Origin: Albugo candida
Lineage: Eukaryota
Direction of reading: 5' to 3'
DNA length: 64,000 nt
Assembly (NCBI GenBank): GCA_040437565.1
Contig: JBDOQK010000064.1
Coordinates: 1-64,000 of the forward strand
Below the pieces are notes generated by a model, which made no database searches, was not told where the DNA came from, and saw only the letters and a list, made by a program, of their open reading frames with translations. Positions 11,302-23,899 of the stretch are shown in pieces. The number at the start of each line of letters is the position of its first letter. Within the stretch, counting starts at the first letter, position 1. The position numbers were made by a program, and so were the translations under genes.

Positions 11302-12299
11302 ACGGTAACAATAGTGACGGAAATAAATGCTATTTGCCTTAGATGTGATCACACCTGAATAATAATTCGAGCCATAATGCAGACCATTTCGAACTCTTGG
11401 AAGCCACTAATTTGATTTATTGCAGAAAGTGTCCGTGTAGACTGACGTAAAGCTGATGGTCATCCTCATACCATCTAGAAAGCAGCAGTCATTAAAATGG
11501 TTCGCGTACTCCTAACGCACAGTTCGACCTCCAAATGCTCGAGTAATAATTGTACAATCGTAGTACGGTCGAGATGTTGAAGCAACGTCTGAGAAAAAAT
11601 AGCGCCCCTAAGGATGCAGTATATTATGGTGAGGTGAAATAAAAGATTTCATCTACCAGGGAATCTTGAAAATTACACAATTGATTATGATATATGTGAT
11701 GCGCGATGCAGGCGCTTGATTACTTTTGTGAACTTTCTACTAGTTCAAAATCGAGAGAAATGACGTTGAAGTGCCGGCGAATCGATAGCAGAACGTTGAC
11801 TCAGGCATTGCATCTTCCAATTTTCGAGTAAGCCAAACTGCAGCGATTTCGTACAAAGTCCAATGCGCAAAAACTTTTGTTTCGGGCTTCACACAAAATT
11901 TCAAGAACAGTCGAGGCGACTGTAAGAAGTATGCTGTGAACAGAGCACCACACTATCTATACGGTATGCATGAAACTAAAGGAGTGTCGTTTAGGTTGCA
12001 TTCAATTGCGTTATTTATCACAGTTTTCGTGTAAGTCATTATTTTCACATCAACTCTCCGATTACAAAATGGATAATGCATTCCATGATGCANNNNNNNN
12101 NNNNNNNNNNNNNNNNNNNNNNNNNNNNNNNNNNNNNNNNNNNNNNNNNNNNNNNNNNNNNNNNNNNNNNNNNNNNNNNNNNNNNNNNNNNNGTATGCTG
12201 TGAACAGAGCACCACACTATCTATACGGTATGCATGAAACTAAAGGAGTGTCGTTTAGGTTGCATTCAATTGCGTTATTTATCACAGTTTTCGTGTAAG

Positions 12300-14106
12300 T
12301 CATTATTTTCACATCAACTCTCCGATTACAAAATGGATAATGCATTCCATGATGCATTTCCTGGTGCAGTCGTTGAGCATACATACCATGGTTTCTGGTA
12401 CGGTAGAATACCGCACAAAGTGAGTCCTCAAATATAGGTAGCTTGGAGCAGAATTCAGGCGTGCTCGTTGTGTTATCGTTACTTCTACGGCCAAGTCGCT
12501 TGTAGAGTCAGCGTTGGTTCCATGTAGAAGCTCAAAAGTTCTCGAGCGATGTTATTCTATTGAACTCGTCTTCTCGACCTTAGTATTCGTGTTTGAAGAT
12601 GCTGAAAACGGATCCAACGGCAACATAGTGAGTTTGAAAAGACCGCAGCAAGAAGCTTTCCCGAAACTGATATCCTCAAGAAACTGAGATGTCAACACTT
12701 GTGCAACTATGCCGTTTTAAGACTAGATTGTATAGAGCCCTTCTGCGCAGCGATTTCGTTGCGATGCTTTTCCTTTCAGTTCCATGCAAGAAATAGCTTT
12801 GAACAGGATTTTCAGGAAAAGTGAGATACGTCGCCGTAGAAGGAATGTACTTTTTATCTCCGATAAGAAACGACACGGAATACATAAAAATGTAGATCTC
12901 ATTTGATTCTTCCAGGAACGTTCAATGATATTTTTCTTGCACCCCGTATTCTAAAATGCTCCTGTAATAGGAATGATGAATCATCATTAGAAAATTACGG
13001 CGTGGGTCAGATTTAACGCAAGCAATGTTCAGCGACAGTCTAAACAGGCAGTTATCCCGTTTACTTGGTATCGATCATAGTGCAAACATCTACGGTAGAG
13101 CATTGTACATTTTACCGAAGGTGAAATTGATTGACGCGTTCATGCAAAAAGTAAATATACGGCGAAGAGAACTTCTAGAGATCAGTCGCGGTATAGCAAT
13201 CTATTTCAAAGTGTTATATACTTCAAGTCAAGTAATGACCGCAAGCACAGTACTCTGTGACGCTGATACATAAAATGGTAGCAAGGAGATAGTATCGGAA
13301 AGAAAGCTCTTCTCTTCATCTCAAGGACACTATGCAGCACTTGAGATGTATACCCTGGAGTTTAATCTCGAGGTTGACTGTGGAGACAGGCGTTTCGATC
13401 TGCTCAACTGGTCGAGCGTGGCGATGTAATGTGGATGCAAGACGATAGTGCTAAGATATTTTATAATCTTTGAGCGGTGATAATTTTGCTCCTTCAGTAA
13501 ATCAATTGGGATGTCGCTCTTCCCATTACAGAGCCCCAGGGATTTAATCCCTGACAGGCGATGCATTATGGAATTTTAGTACGATGAGTCAGCGCGCACA
13601 CTTGTAGTGATACAGAGCAAATGCAAATATATCGGTAAACGGCACAAACTAATGCATAAAAACCATTTACCTTTAAAGCGACGACATACTCATCTCGTAC
13701 CTGCGGAGCATGATCATCAGGGAAATGCTACATATGAGGTAGCGTGAACACCCGGGAAGCGAACTCGATGATATAGTGTTATGCAGCCGCCACGCGTAAG
13801 TCAATCCATCAAACATGAAGAGAAGAAGCAATTTGAGTCGCCAAGTAACTGATTCGAAGAAACGGTCTCCTTCACGTTGCATGTGTTTCGACAAACCAGA
13901 AGAAAAAAGATGATAAAGCAGTTGCAGGCGTTGCTCAGCGTGTACGTCGTAATAATGAGCAATTCCTCGTCGAATGAGCAACCAGTATTCAGTATTACGT
14001 ACAACACCCCGAACTGACGAAGCGGGCGAGCGTCATCTCTTCTCTTCTCCCAATGTCTTCTTAGCCATAAGTATTGAGAATACACCCAATGTATAAATCT
14101 CGACAT
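12300..14106 (-). pseudogene. Decayed secreted Cys-rich (CCG/CHxC-like) effector gene
   Basis: Frameshifted signal-like IYTLGVFSILMAKKTLG, then QFGVLYVILN...LLVCRNTCNV, with downstream CL-type motifs. Many stops; boundaries uncertain. Confidence 0.3.
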
Positions 14107-14426
14107 CGCCATCCGCTTGGTTGCATGAGTAAGGAATGCTGCGAGCCTGCACTGCATACCAAGCTCAGCCTCACCTATCACGCCATGGTGTGCCTCGTGG
14201 ATAAATGCTGTCTCAATAGCAAAACACGTTTTTACTTGAATAAATAAGGCATGTCAAGCACCACAAAATGGACGTCAGGCGCTACATACTCATAGAACTT
14301 GTGCACGAGGTCACTCTCCATAACCTATATCTCTCTGTCGCTCTAATCGGCCAGCTACGTCTTGGTTGTTCTCCCTCCCTATCATCCATGCAAAACGTGG
14401 TGGACAAAAAATATTATAATATTTAA

Positions 14427-16040
14427 TTATCTATCTATCGGTTTGGTTTGGTTTATGCAGAAAGAACACTGTACCTTACAACGAACGCACCTGGTCGAGT
14501 AAATGCCATTGAGATTTGAGTTCAGTTTTGGAAAATAAATAATAAGGGCGCCTATATCTTGACCCTTCTGCTTGACATTATCACAGCCAATCTGAATCTG
14601 AAGACTATCATTCTGACACGCATTTATGAAGAGAGATGTTCGTCCAAACGGTAATACTTGCACTCCAAAATCAGCATGTAACACGAGAAGTCGTTACTAT
14701 TCTTCCATGCAGCAATGTACACAAAAGTAGCAAGTCGTTTGATTTCGTTTTGTCACACAATATTCCGCGTAAGAGGCACCTTATTTGCAATCCTGTCTCG
14801 TAAATCGCAGCTTGTTGTTCCTCCCAAAAAGGTCCAATGATATAATTCAACTCGAAGCGGTATTTTGGCTCGAAAACGTTCGCTTTCCTTCTTCGCAAAT
14901 GAGCTCGTAATGGAAGCCACGTTAAGCAGGCTGGGGGACATAATAGCCTGCGTGCAGCAATCCATTGTGTTACTGCACTTTTTCCATTATTTTGCGTGAT
15001 TTGACGATGCTTGAAGAAATTGAACTTTTAAAGAACGAGCTAAGAAAGATTGAAGTGTGCTCTCGACTTTAGTATAAACTTACGTGCTATTAAAGCACTT
15101 AGCTCTCGGAATACTGACACCATTTTTATTTCGTCGATTAATATCTCTACATCGAGGAGACAAAGAACACGGTAATCAGCTACTTGGTTCCCTTCGGTGA
15201 ACCACGGTTGGCTCGTCGTGTGCAGAGAACTTGCCACCTGTATAGATAAGACCAGAGCTTGAAGTATCCATTTCTGCCCACAAAGTAGGGCGTAATACTT
15301 ATTCCAAATGTCATCCAAGATGAAAAATGAATTGCAGAAACGACAGAGGGATAGCCTCAGCAAGACACGGGAAGATGGTGGGCCCACCTGGGATTCCATC
15401 ATGATCCCGTGCAGAAAAGCAAATCTTGGAGGATCGGAAGGGGCACATCAGTGCTTATGCACCCCTCCGACAGCGTAGGCCTCAGAGCAAATTCAAGGAC
15501 ACAGTTGTCGAGTATATCAATACGGATATAGCAATAAAACATCTTTCCAATTATAACCACATAAGGTTAACGTTTTTGCACATATAAATAATCTTAATCC
15601 AGCTATCATTTAACGTTATTCTACATCCAGGACGCTTTCCCAGTGTTTCAGGTGCAAAATCAGTGGTAATCTTAATACACGCTTGGTAAGCTGCATGAGT
15701 ATTCATAAAATAACGTCTTCCGTACCGTCAGACAGCGTCTCGAGAGGTCCGCTTCCATGTGTGATCTATAGGCTTGCAGGTTGTGTGCAAGTTCTGCACT
15801 TCTTGAATGGAATCCAGATTTCTGCGGGGAAGCAAGATTGATAATTAAGAGTAGAGATGGGCACAATACGGATAGAAGTCGTGCGATGATGAGTGGTCGG
15901 GCCGTGTAAAGATATTAAACACGCATTGGAAGGGTGAAAAGTGTTTACTTTAGACTACCAGGAAAAAAATGAATTATGCAAAATACGTCTGAGCAGAGGG
16001 AAGTTGCGATTTTCACATCGGAACGGGGCAACTACATTTG
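14427..16040 (-). pseudogene. Decayed Cys-rich effector-like gene (paralog B)
   Basis: 15100-15650 aligns by eye with 17480-18070 (LSLCRFCN..ILDDI; VLCLLDVEILIDEIK). 15730-16015 aligns with 6500-6785. Confidence 0.5.
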
Positions 16041-17477
16041 GATANNNNNNNNNNNNNNNNNNNNNNNNNNNNNNNNNNNNNNNNNNNNNNNNNNNNNNNN
16101 NNNNNNNNNNNNNNNNNNNNNNNNNNNNNNNNNNNNNNNNNNNNAAGGATTTGGAAACCATAAAAACGAAAAGATTCATTCTCGCCCACTCTACTTATCG
16201 TGGAAGTTGATTGCCTCATCGTGGGTCCTTTTCGTTACCACTGTTCTAGTTCGCACAAACACACGATAGAGAAGAGAAAGCACTCGTAGACGCCAATCAG
16301 CATGTCTATCTTATGTCAAAATCTTCAAGCAATAGCTCGTCGAATAGGCAATCAGTATGCAGTTGAATGTTCTTTAAAAACGAGTAGAAGAATAATCGCT
16401 TAGAAAATTCACACATCCGCTCTTGTCGACAATATCTTCTGTTCCATAAATACCGAGGGTCATCAGTCCATGCGGTAACTCACTGCATTATCAAAAGACA
16501 AGATGAAACGAGAAAGGTTCAACAAAAACGGATCACCGACACCAAATAAAAGCTAAGCCTGTAGTAACACGCTATTGCCTCCCTCGTGGATGATTATCAT
16601 CTCAGTGTGAGCTAGGAGGATTATTTTTACTCGTACAGAGGAATATCTCATGCTCCACAATGAAATCTTCGTCATTATTTAGTGATTATAACAAGTGATT
16701 TAGATCACTCTCCACGACCTGCATATCTCTCCGGTTTCAAGCCTTACGGCTTGCACCTACGTTTCACTTGAGGTCTGCAGTCTCAAAGTCAAACGGCTTG
16801 GACGTGACTTGAGTATCTTTTGAAGTCTTTTATACATCAGCTGATTTATGTCGCAGAAATACTGATAATCTCTTTTTGTGTCTCCCTTGTCGCTGTCAGA
16901 TTTCATTGATACTTGACCAAAAATGAGCAATTAGAGCTCTTCTGTTTCGATTCAGCTGTTATGACATTATTGAAGATAATCAGAAGGCTCTACTTCCTAT
17001 GCACCTAAGATATTACATGCTAAAGGATTGGTAAGCGGTGATGGAAGTGGGACTCGTAAAGCCAACCCAGCTGCCGACTCGAATTGTCGTTTCTTTGCCC
17101 TTCATACTGCGACAGTCACAATAGTCACGTCGTATGTTTACGTTCAAGGAGACTGAATCAATTTCAGTAGGAACAATGCTTCCGTTCTGTCACATGTAGT
17201 CGTTACTCCTTATAAAGTCGATCGCGTAGTTCTAGTTCGATTGAAAGCAGTATAAATGCCCTGTCGAGCCAAAGGATCTTGTTTGATAGCCGTGTTGAGC
17301 GACGAGATCGGGCTGCTGCGATTCAAATTCTTATGCGCATCAAACAACGGTCTCGATACCCTTTTTTATATTCCTATTGCGTACGATTTCACCATGCAGG
17401 AATAAGGTTCGCGTTGTGAAGAACGAGCTAAAGTGTACTTTTGGATTTTGATATGAACGTGCGTGCAGTTAAAGCAC

Positions 17478-18157
17478 TTACCTTGGAACGTCGACACCAT
17501 TTTTTATGTCGTCGATTAGTAACTCTCCATCGAGAAGACAAGGAACACAGGATTCACCTACTTGGCTCCCTTCGGTCGGCTCGTCGTGTGCAGAAAGCTT
17601 TTCTTCTTCACACATGATAGCAGATGTTGACGTATCCATTTCTATCCACACAGTTGGGCGTAATCTCTTTGCTGATGACTGGCTCCTTTCAGCAGGCATC
17701 CAAATACTGGTTTCCCAGATTTGAGAAAATACTTCTTTCAAAATGTCATCCAAGATGGTAATTACGTTGCAGAAAGGACAGTGGGATAGCCTTTAGTAAG
17801 ATACAAAAAGATGCCGGGTCCATCTGGTATTTCATTATCCTCCCGTACAGAGATATTACGTTTTGGAGGACTCGAGGGGACACACCAGTGCCTATGCGCA
17901 CTTCCGATAGAGAAGGCCTTAGAGCAAAATTAGGGGCACAGTTAAAAAAAAGGCCACCTACACAAGATAAACCATGTAAGGTTAACGTTTGTGCACATAT
18001 AAATAATCTTAATCCAGCTATCATGGAACGCTATTCTACATCTGAGACGGTTTCCAGATATCTGTAGCGAGTCAGCTAGCTGTTCGAGATATCCCGGCAA
18101 GCCCGTGAGCCTCTCACGAACCCGTTCCTCACCAACACAAAAGCGTCGGAACAGCAA
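17478..18157 (-). pseudogene. Decayed Cys-rich effector-like gene (paralog C)
   Basis: Three overlapping ORFs in different frames (CRIAFHDSWIKIIYMC / NFALRPSLSE / GESCVPCLLDGELLIDDIK), homologous to 15100-15650. Confidence 0.5.
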
Positions 18158-21100
18158 ATCGGTAAAGAGTAGGACAGTGGCCTGTTTATACTTATTCTAG
18201 ATTTTGAGTGATGTAAATCTAGAAGATTTGAAAGATCTTTGTGACCGAGACCGTTAATAATAGAGGTTAAGGAAGTAAGAGAACTGCTTTTCGACTACGG
18301 AAGTTACTACACTATCCCAGGCGAAAAAGTAATGGCTACTATCGAGCTTGGTGAGCTGCATGAAAATTCAAAAAAGAATGTTTCCCGTACCATCAGACAG
18401 ACGTAAATATCTAAAAGTATCAACCTCATGATTGAAGCACAAGTCGTATATCACCATCGAATTAGCGCCATTTGGAGCTATCGTGAAATAACAGCTCAAT
18501 CAAGTAATCACTCTTGATGCCTGCCCCAGATGTTCAGCATTCGGCAACGTGGTCGTAATTTTAAGCAAGACAAAACACAATAAGCAGCTTCTCGCTTCCG
18601 TCCTCTTTCTATTTACTTTATGTCGAGTGGTTATTCAAGTGCTCGTTTTTTTACGTCTACAGCATCCGTTTCAGTCCTGCTTCTAATATTGTTGCGGATG
18701 TTCGTTCTTTTATGAAAGGCACATTCAATAACGGCGGAACAAAGAAAACTCGAAAATGGATTTTATTTTCCGTGGCAGAGTAGCCCTTTTTAATCGGTAT
18801 AAAGGCCAAACTACGGTCATGATTGTAGCTAGTTCAATGCAGTAAAGCGAATTGAATTCATTTACGCACTTGAGCGAAAACCATCTTGGAAGTTGTTAAT
18901 AATTTTATTATACGCGTATCGAGTAAGCGAGATGATGTGTGATATTCGCATGTCATTATCAGTGTAGGGTTGGGCATAAAGCTCCTAACGGCGTCATACA
19001 CTCAACAACGAACAAATTTGCTTCACGTTGGCAATATCCTTACTGCATCTTTTCTCTCTAGATGAAAGAAGAGCGATGCAAGGATCAAGTAGCGTTGGAC
19101 ACGTATCTTCTGAAGGAAATGGAAGACTTGGATCATGAGAAGCTTTTTGACGAAGAGCATAGTTTCTTTAGACTGGCAACTTCGTACCACAAGATCGTGA
19201 CACAGGATCAAGTTGAAGCCAAGTTGATTGTAGTCCAGCGTATGATCATCTTCTCAGAACGTTCTTCTCAAGTGGTTTGCACAATTGCATAGTCATGCAA
19301 CTCCGATACAATGTCGTGATACAGAATTCAGGTTGAACGATCTCACTTTTGGCGATTCTCAGTCAGGTGACTTAAATCTAATCGTGCCGTGTCATTCTTG
19401 AGTCAGTAAAACTCTCTGGAAATAGACTTACGGTTGCCTATGCGTTTGAGCAAAAAAATCCAATAGAGAAGTCTTAATATTTGTTTCTCTCTGCAAATTG
19501 GTAGGCGACACACACAGTGCAAGATCTCTAGAGGACAGCAAGAAGTTTTAATACTATGCTACAAAGTTCGTTGATGTTCAATATCTTAGTTGAGAAGCTA
19601 CAGATACATGGAATATGCGCATAAATTTTATTCTTCGACATGCGATGTTGCAGTTGCGTTTGTCTCAAGGTGGAAACACTGGTGGCCATCTGTTGAGAGA
19701 TGCATTCGAAAGTCTTAGTCGGCCAGCACGACAAAGTACGATGTCCGGAAAAGCTCCAATGCACTGCAGCATGCTAATGTAGTATTTTTAGACTGAGTTG
19801 TCTAAAAGTGAGGCTCCTTTAAACTCTACATGAATCAACAAGTGTTTGACAATTGGTTTCGCTATTCGTCACACGTGTGAATGTATCGACTTCTGAGACG
19901 GTAAATGATCAAACGAATTAAAAAGTCTGCTTGGTCAATAAGCAATGGAACTTCGTTAGAACGTGATACATGTAATCGGACTCGATGCCAAACACACGTG
20001 CTACTTGTGCCAACATTCATTCGTCGGAGAAGCGAGATGCAATCAATTTATAACGCTTCTCTCTCTTTGTAAAGGTACACTTCTCTCTGAGTGTTTTACT
20101 CTACATATATTCCAAGCGATAGAAAATCGAAAAGACTTCTTAAAAGAAGTTATCCTTAGCAATACAGGCGCTCGAAATCGCTTTAGAGGCCATCAACAGG
20201 TTCGCCTCTGTGGTTTTAAACAATTCTGTACGTCTTCAATCAGTAAAGTAAGAGCAGCTTTTTTTATTTTCCAAGGTGTAGGAAGATTGCTGCTTTTTGT
20301 GCGATCCCCAACCTCCACCATAAAGATGCGGGCATTTGATAGCTATAGCTGCATTCCGTACGCACTTGAAATTGATGAATTTGAATATAGCGAACTCAAT
20401 AAGCTAACATTAGTACCCATCCAGTTCATCAAATTAATGATTTTGTAGCGATCATTAGTGTATTTGGTAGGTTATTTAGCGAACACCATGTCGATGTTTA
20501 TGTATCTGCATTCAGCGTTGTGTCTCTTTCCGACGCAACTTTGCCACAGCTTGTTGAGTACTATCGATCTGTAAGGGTTCCAATATGGGTCAGAAGCGTG
20601 CAAGTCATGGGCAGCGAAAGCTGTCTGTCTCTTTTCTCAGCAGCAACAGCAACGGTGGAAAGAAACTAAATAAATGTGCAGGTAAGGTGATTTATCGCTT
20701 GCTTTCCAAGTAGTTACAATTCGTTGAAAATGCTGAAAAGCTGAAGGTTAAGGAATGTCGAGATATCATATAATCGTGAGAATTTATCTGCATCATACAT
20801 GCGCGAATAAAGCCTAGCTCCTCATATCTCGTCTCTGAACACGACAGAATAGAACCATGCAAATACTTAATTGACGTGCAGCGACGATAGGCCCTAAATG
20901 ATGAAAAGTGCTTTCACTCAAACCATTCGCACAAGTGTTGAAGGAATAGTAACACTTCCAACTCTATCTGTGAATAGAAATGTATATCACTTTGTCTTTA
21001 GAAAGCAGCTTTGGACTAAGATAGATGCACCTTCGTAAAAAGCATACGAAAGTGCACTTGAAGATTGAACCAAAACCTTCGGTCAAGGTCTATCGCTGAG

Positions 21101-21293
21101 AGAGCAAAACCTTGAGAGAGTATCATCGATAGTTACTATGAGTGGGGAAGTGTGTCAGACAATGACGGGCAGCCTCCGTATATACTTAGAAATATCAAAT
21201 CTGATAATGACAGCTTTGATTCTATTTAGTAAAAAAATTCTGGAAAAAGAGCGCTGGCAAAAGATACTCCAGCAACGTATGATGCTACTTCTT

Positions 21294-21735
21294 CTATTTC
21301 TCACTGCATTAGGAAATGACAAAAAATACACTTACAAAATATGAGGGTTTATAAAAGGAGAATACATTTTGCAGCAGCATTTTTGTTGTTTGAAGTAAAC
21401 ACTTATTTCTTCCTCCTTTTGAAATGAAAAATAAGAGGGAAGGAACGACTTGTGTCGAGAGGGTCTGTGCTGATACATCAAATTGCGGGCGCTGTCCACA
21501 AAATGATCCAAGCGTTCAAGTGGACGTCATCATTTTCATTCGGAGATGGGCAGATGTCCACTCTTTTGTTGAGCTGGTCGATATTGAGTTGCATGGCGTT
21601 TCCTTCAGCCTTAAAGTGCCGACAGTTTATATTTATTTTGGGGGGCTTGCGATGTGGTACCGGAGCATTATAAGGTTGTGCGCTGATAGAGATGAAAGTG
21701 AATAGTAGTGTGACGAATGACTTTTCTTCAAGCAT
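21294..21735 (-). pseudogene. Truncated or pseudogenised member of the small secreted protein family
   Basis: MLEEKSFVTLLFTFISISAQ signal, premature TGA at 21478-21480. Downstream remnant PLIFHF/KGGRNKC...VFFVIS*CSEK resembles the ends of the 6782 and 9342 proteins. Leader shared with the 9800 gene. Confidence 0.65.
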
Positions 21736-23707
21736 TGGAGGTGTGATGAGCCTTGTAAATTTGTAAAATGAGCAGATAATGCGTATAATACTGGCTCGAA
21801 TGCTTCAGTATAGTATATACATTCATGACTACCAGTCTCTGCAACTTTTTGTGCTCTTAATCTGGCGGGCACCGATTGGTGCAAATACAATCGAGAATAT
21901 TCTCATCCCTGATCCGTACTTACTCTGACTGTGTAATGCAGAAATGATGGGACACTTTCCAATGAGTGCGTTACTACACTTCTTCAGACCGAAGTTGGTG
22001 ATTGCCCAACATGACATTTACCACGTGGTAATTCCGTCTATCTAAAAATCGTTATGAATTCTATGATTACTTAGGAATTATACGTTAGCTGAAAGTATGC
22101 CGATATCGTCTCTAGTTGTTTGCTGCGTTAATCTTATGCATTGTATAAAGCGATATAATTCATGAGCTCTGTAGAGTTCGGTAGAATGTAAACCTAATGT
22201 TGCACACGCAATTCTAATTTCCAAATAAGTCATAAGTTATGTGTCTGAGATTGCGCACATGATGGCACTGTCAACACTATTCTTGTTAAGAACTCTTGAG
22301 AGGCTAGATTTTTTACTTCGTATGGAGAAACTGTTGGAGTAGCTTTTTCAGAATTGAAATGGTCGAAGTATTCTCTCGGTGTATATATCATCTCTTAGAA
22401 TGGGTACAAGTGGCTTGGTCAGGATTATTACGGTTGTACGATTATGGTTACTGATCGTAAGATGGGTTCTTATCGTGATTCAGAGTGAAAGGAATTTGTA
22501 TGTAGAGGCTAAAGTACATTTCAGCAACAATATTTGAACAACATCAGCGGTATATGAGTTGGAAGCGAACAGATCAGTGGCTCCAAGGAACACCTGGAAG
22601 TGAATAGATTGATTATCGCTATTCGGATGACATCACCCTGCACAGTAGTGTGGTGCATATTAAATGAGGATGGTGTGGATGATATCAAAATTGCAGTGCG
22701 TAGCAGGATAGGGTCCGTTAAAATCCTCTCAGTTTGATAGGATTAGCTAATTCTATGCTTGCATAATGCTAACGCACGCCTAGGTAATGCTAACATGATA
22801 GCGCTGCCCGCTATCTTTCGACGTCAACTATCTTGTGCTCAATTCCCAATCATTCAGTCGAGTTCGCGTTTGCCTTTGTTCGTTCGTGATCATTCTTCTC
22901 AGACTATTACATAGCTCACGGTTTGTTCATGACAAAAAAATATACTATTTTATAAACTGAGTCCTAATAATTCACTGCTTTTAGGTCATTCATCACACAA
23001 AAAATATATTCAATAAACTTGGTCCTGTGGGTCCTGTTGTTGCAATTTCACATCTTCGTACGTTGCGTCCTACCCTCCTGAACGGCCACATCTACTTTCA
23101 TGGGTGTATCCAAGGCTGCTACAACGAGATCAAATTCCGGCGAATTTCTTCGTCGATGATGCAGATGGTTGATTCCTTCGGGTCGATCGAGATGGCGTCC
23201 CACGCACTTGCACAGATACTGGTTCAAGGACAGCAGTTGAAGCAGCTGGAGTGACTAAAACTTAGCCAATCATATCAGACTGTGGGATTTTTAACGGCTC
23301 CCTTTATTTAATTGAGTATAAGCCGTGAACATGAAGAACTGATTTTACGACAAATTAAGCAGGTTGCTTTGTGTTATATGCTGCCACATATGTCTCTCTC
23401 TTCGANNNNNNNNNNNNNNNNNNNNNNNNNNNNNNNNNNNNNNNNNNNNNNNNNNNNNNNNNNNNNNNNNNNNNNNNNNNNNNNNNNNNNNNNNNNNNNN
23501 NNNNNCTCATCAACAATCATGCAATCACCCAAAACATGGTGACTCATGAGGGTTGCCACGTCACTACAAGCGGACGCCAGCACCCTTGGTTGTGTCGATA
23601 TGTCGACTTGGACCATTGTTTTCGAGAGGACAGAGTTGAAAAAGGTAGTTTTTCGAGTTGTTTTTACTAAATTGTCTATTTACGTAGTAGCCAGCAAATT
23701 GAGAAGT

Positions 23708-23779
23708 GCCTTTGTGGCTTAGTGGTAGAGCATCTGCCTTGTAAGCAGAAGGTCCCCGGTTCAATCCCGGGCGGAGGCA
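23708..23779 (+). tRNA. tRNA-Thr(UGU), or tRNA-Thr head of a SINE
   Basis: Cloverleaf: acceptor gcctttg/cggaggc, D arm with tggcttagtggtagagc, anticodon stem tctgc/gcaga around ctTGTaa, T loop ggttcaatcc. Confidence 0.9.
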
Positions 23780-23899
23780 TACGTTGGCTGCTGATAGCAG
23801 AGTAGGACTTTATTTTGAGGCGTATGGACGATGGCTTAATCCTTATTCGTGGCATTGGGAGTGGTGAGGCACCTCGTCTAGGGTCAAGATTTTTCTTAT

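Noticed and set aside
7744-12356. Direct repeats 7744-7847/7948-8051 and 11929-12092/12193-12356
   Set aside because: Both pairs flank N gaps; overlap artefacts.
19963-20448. 161-aa plus-strand ORF with CYLC
   Set aside because: GTG start, no signal peptide, no domain; more likely the shadow of decayed sequence.
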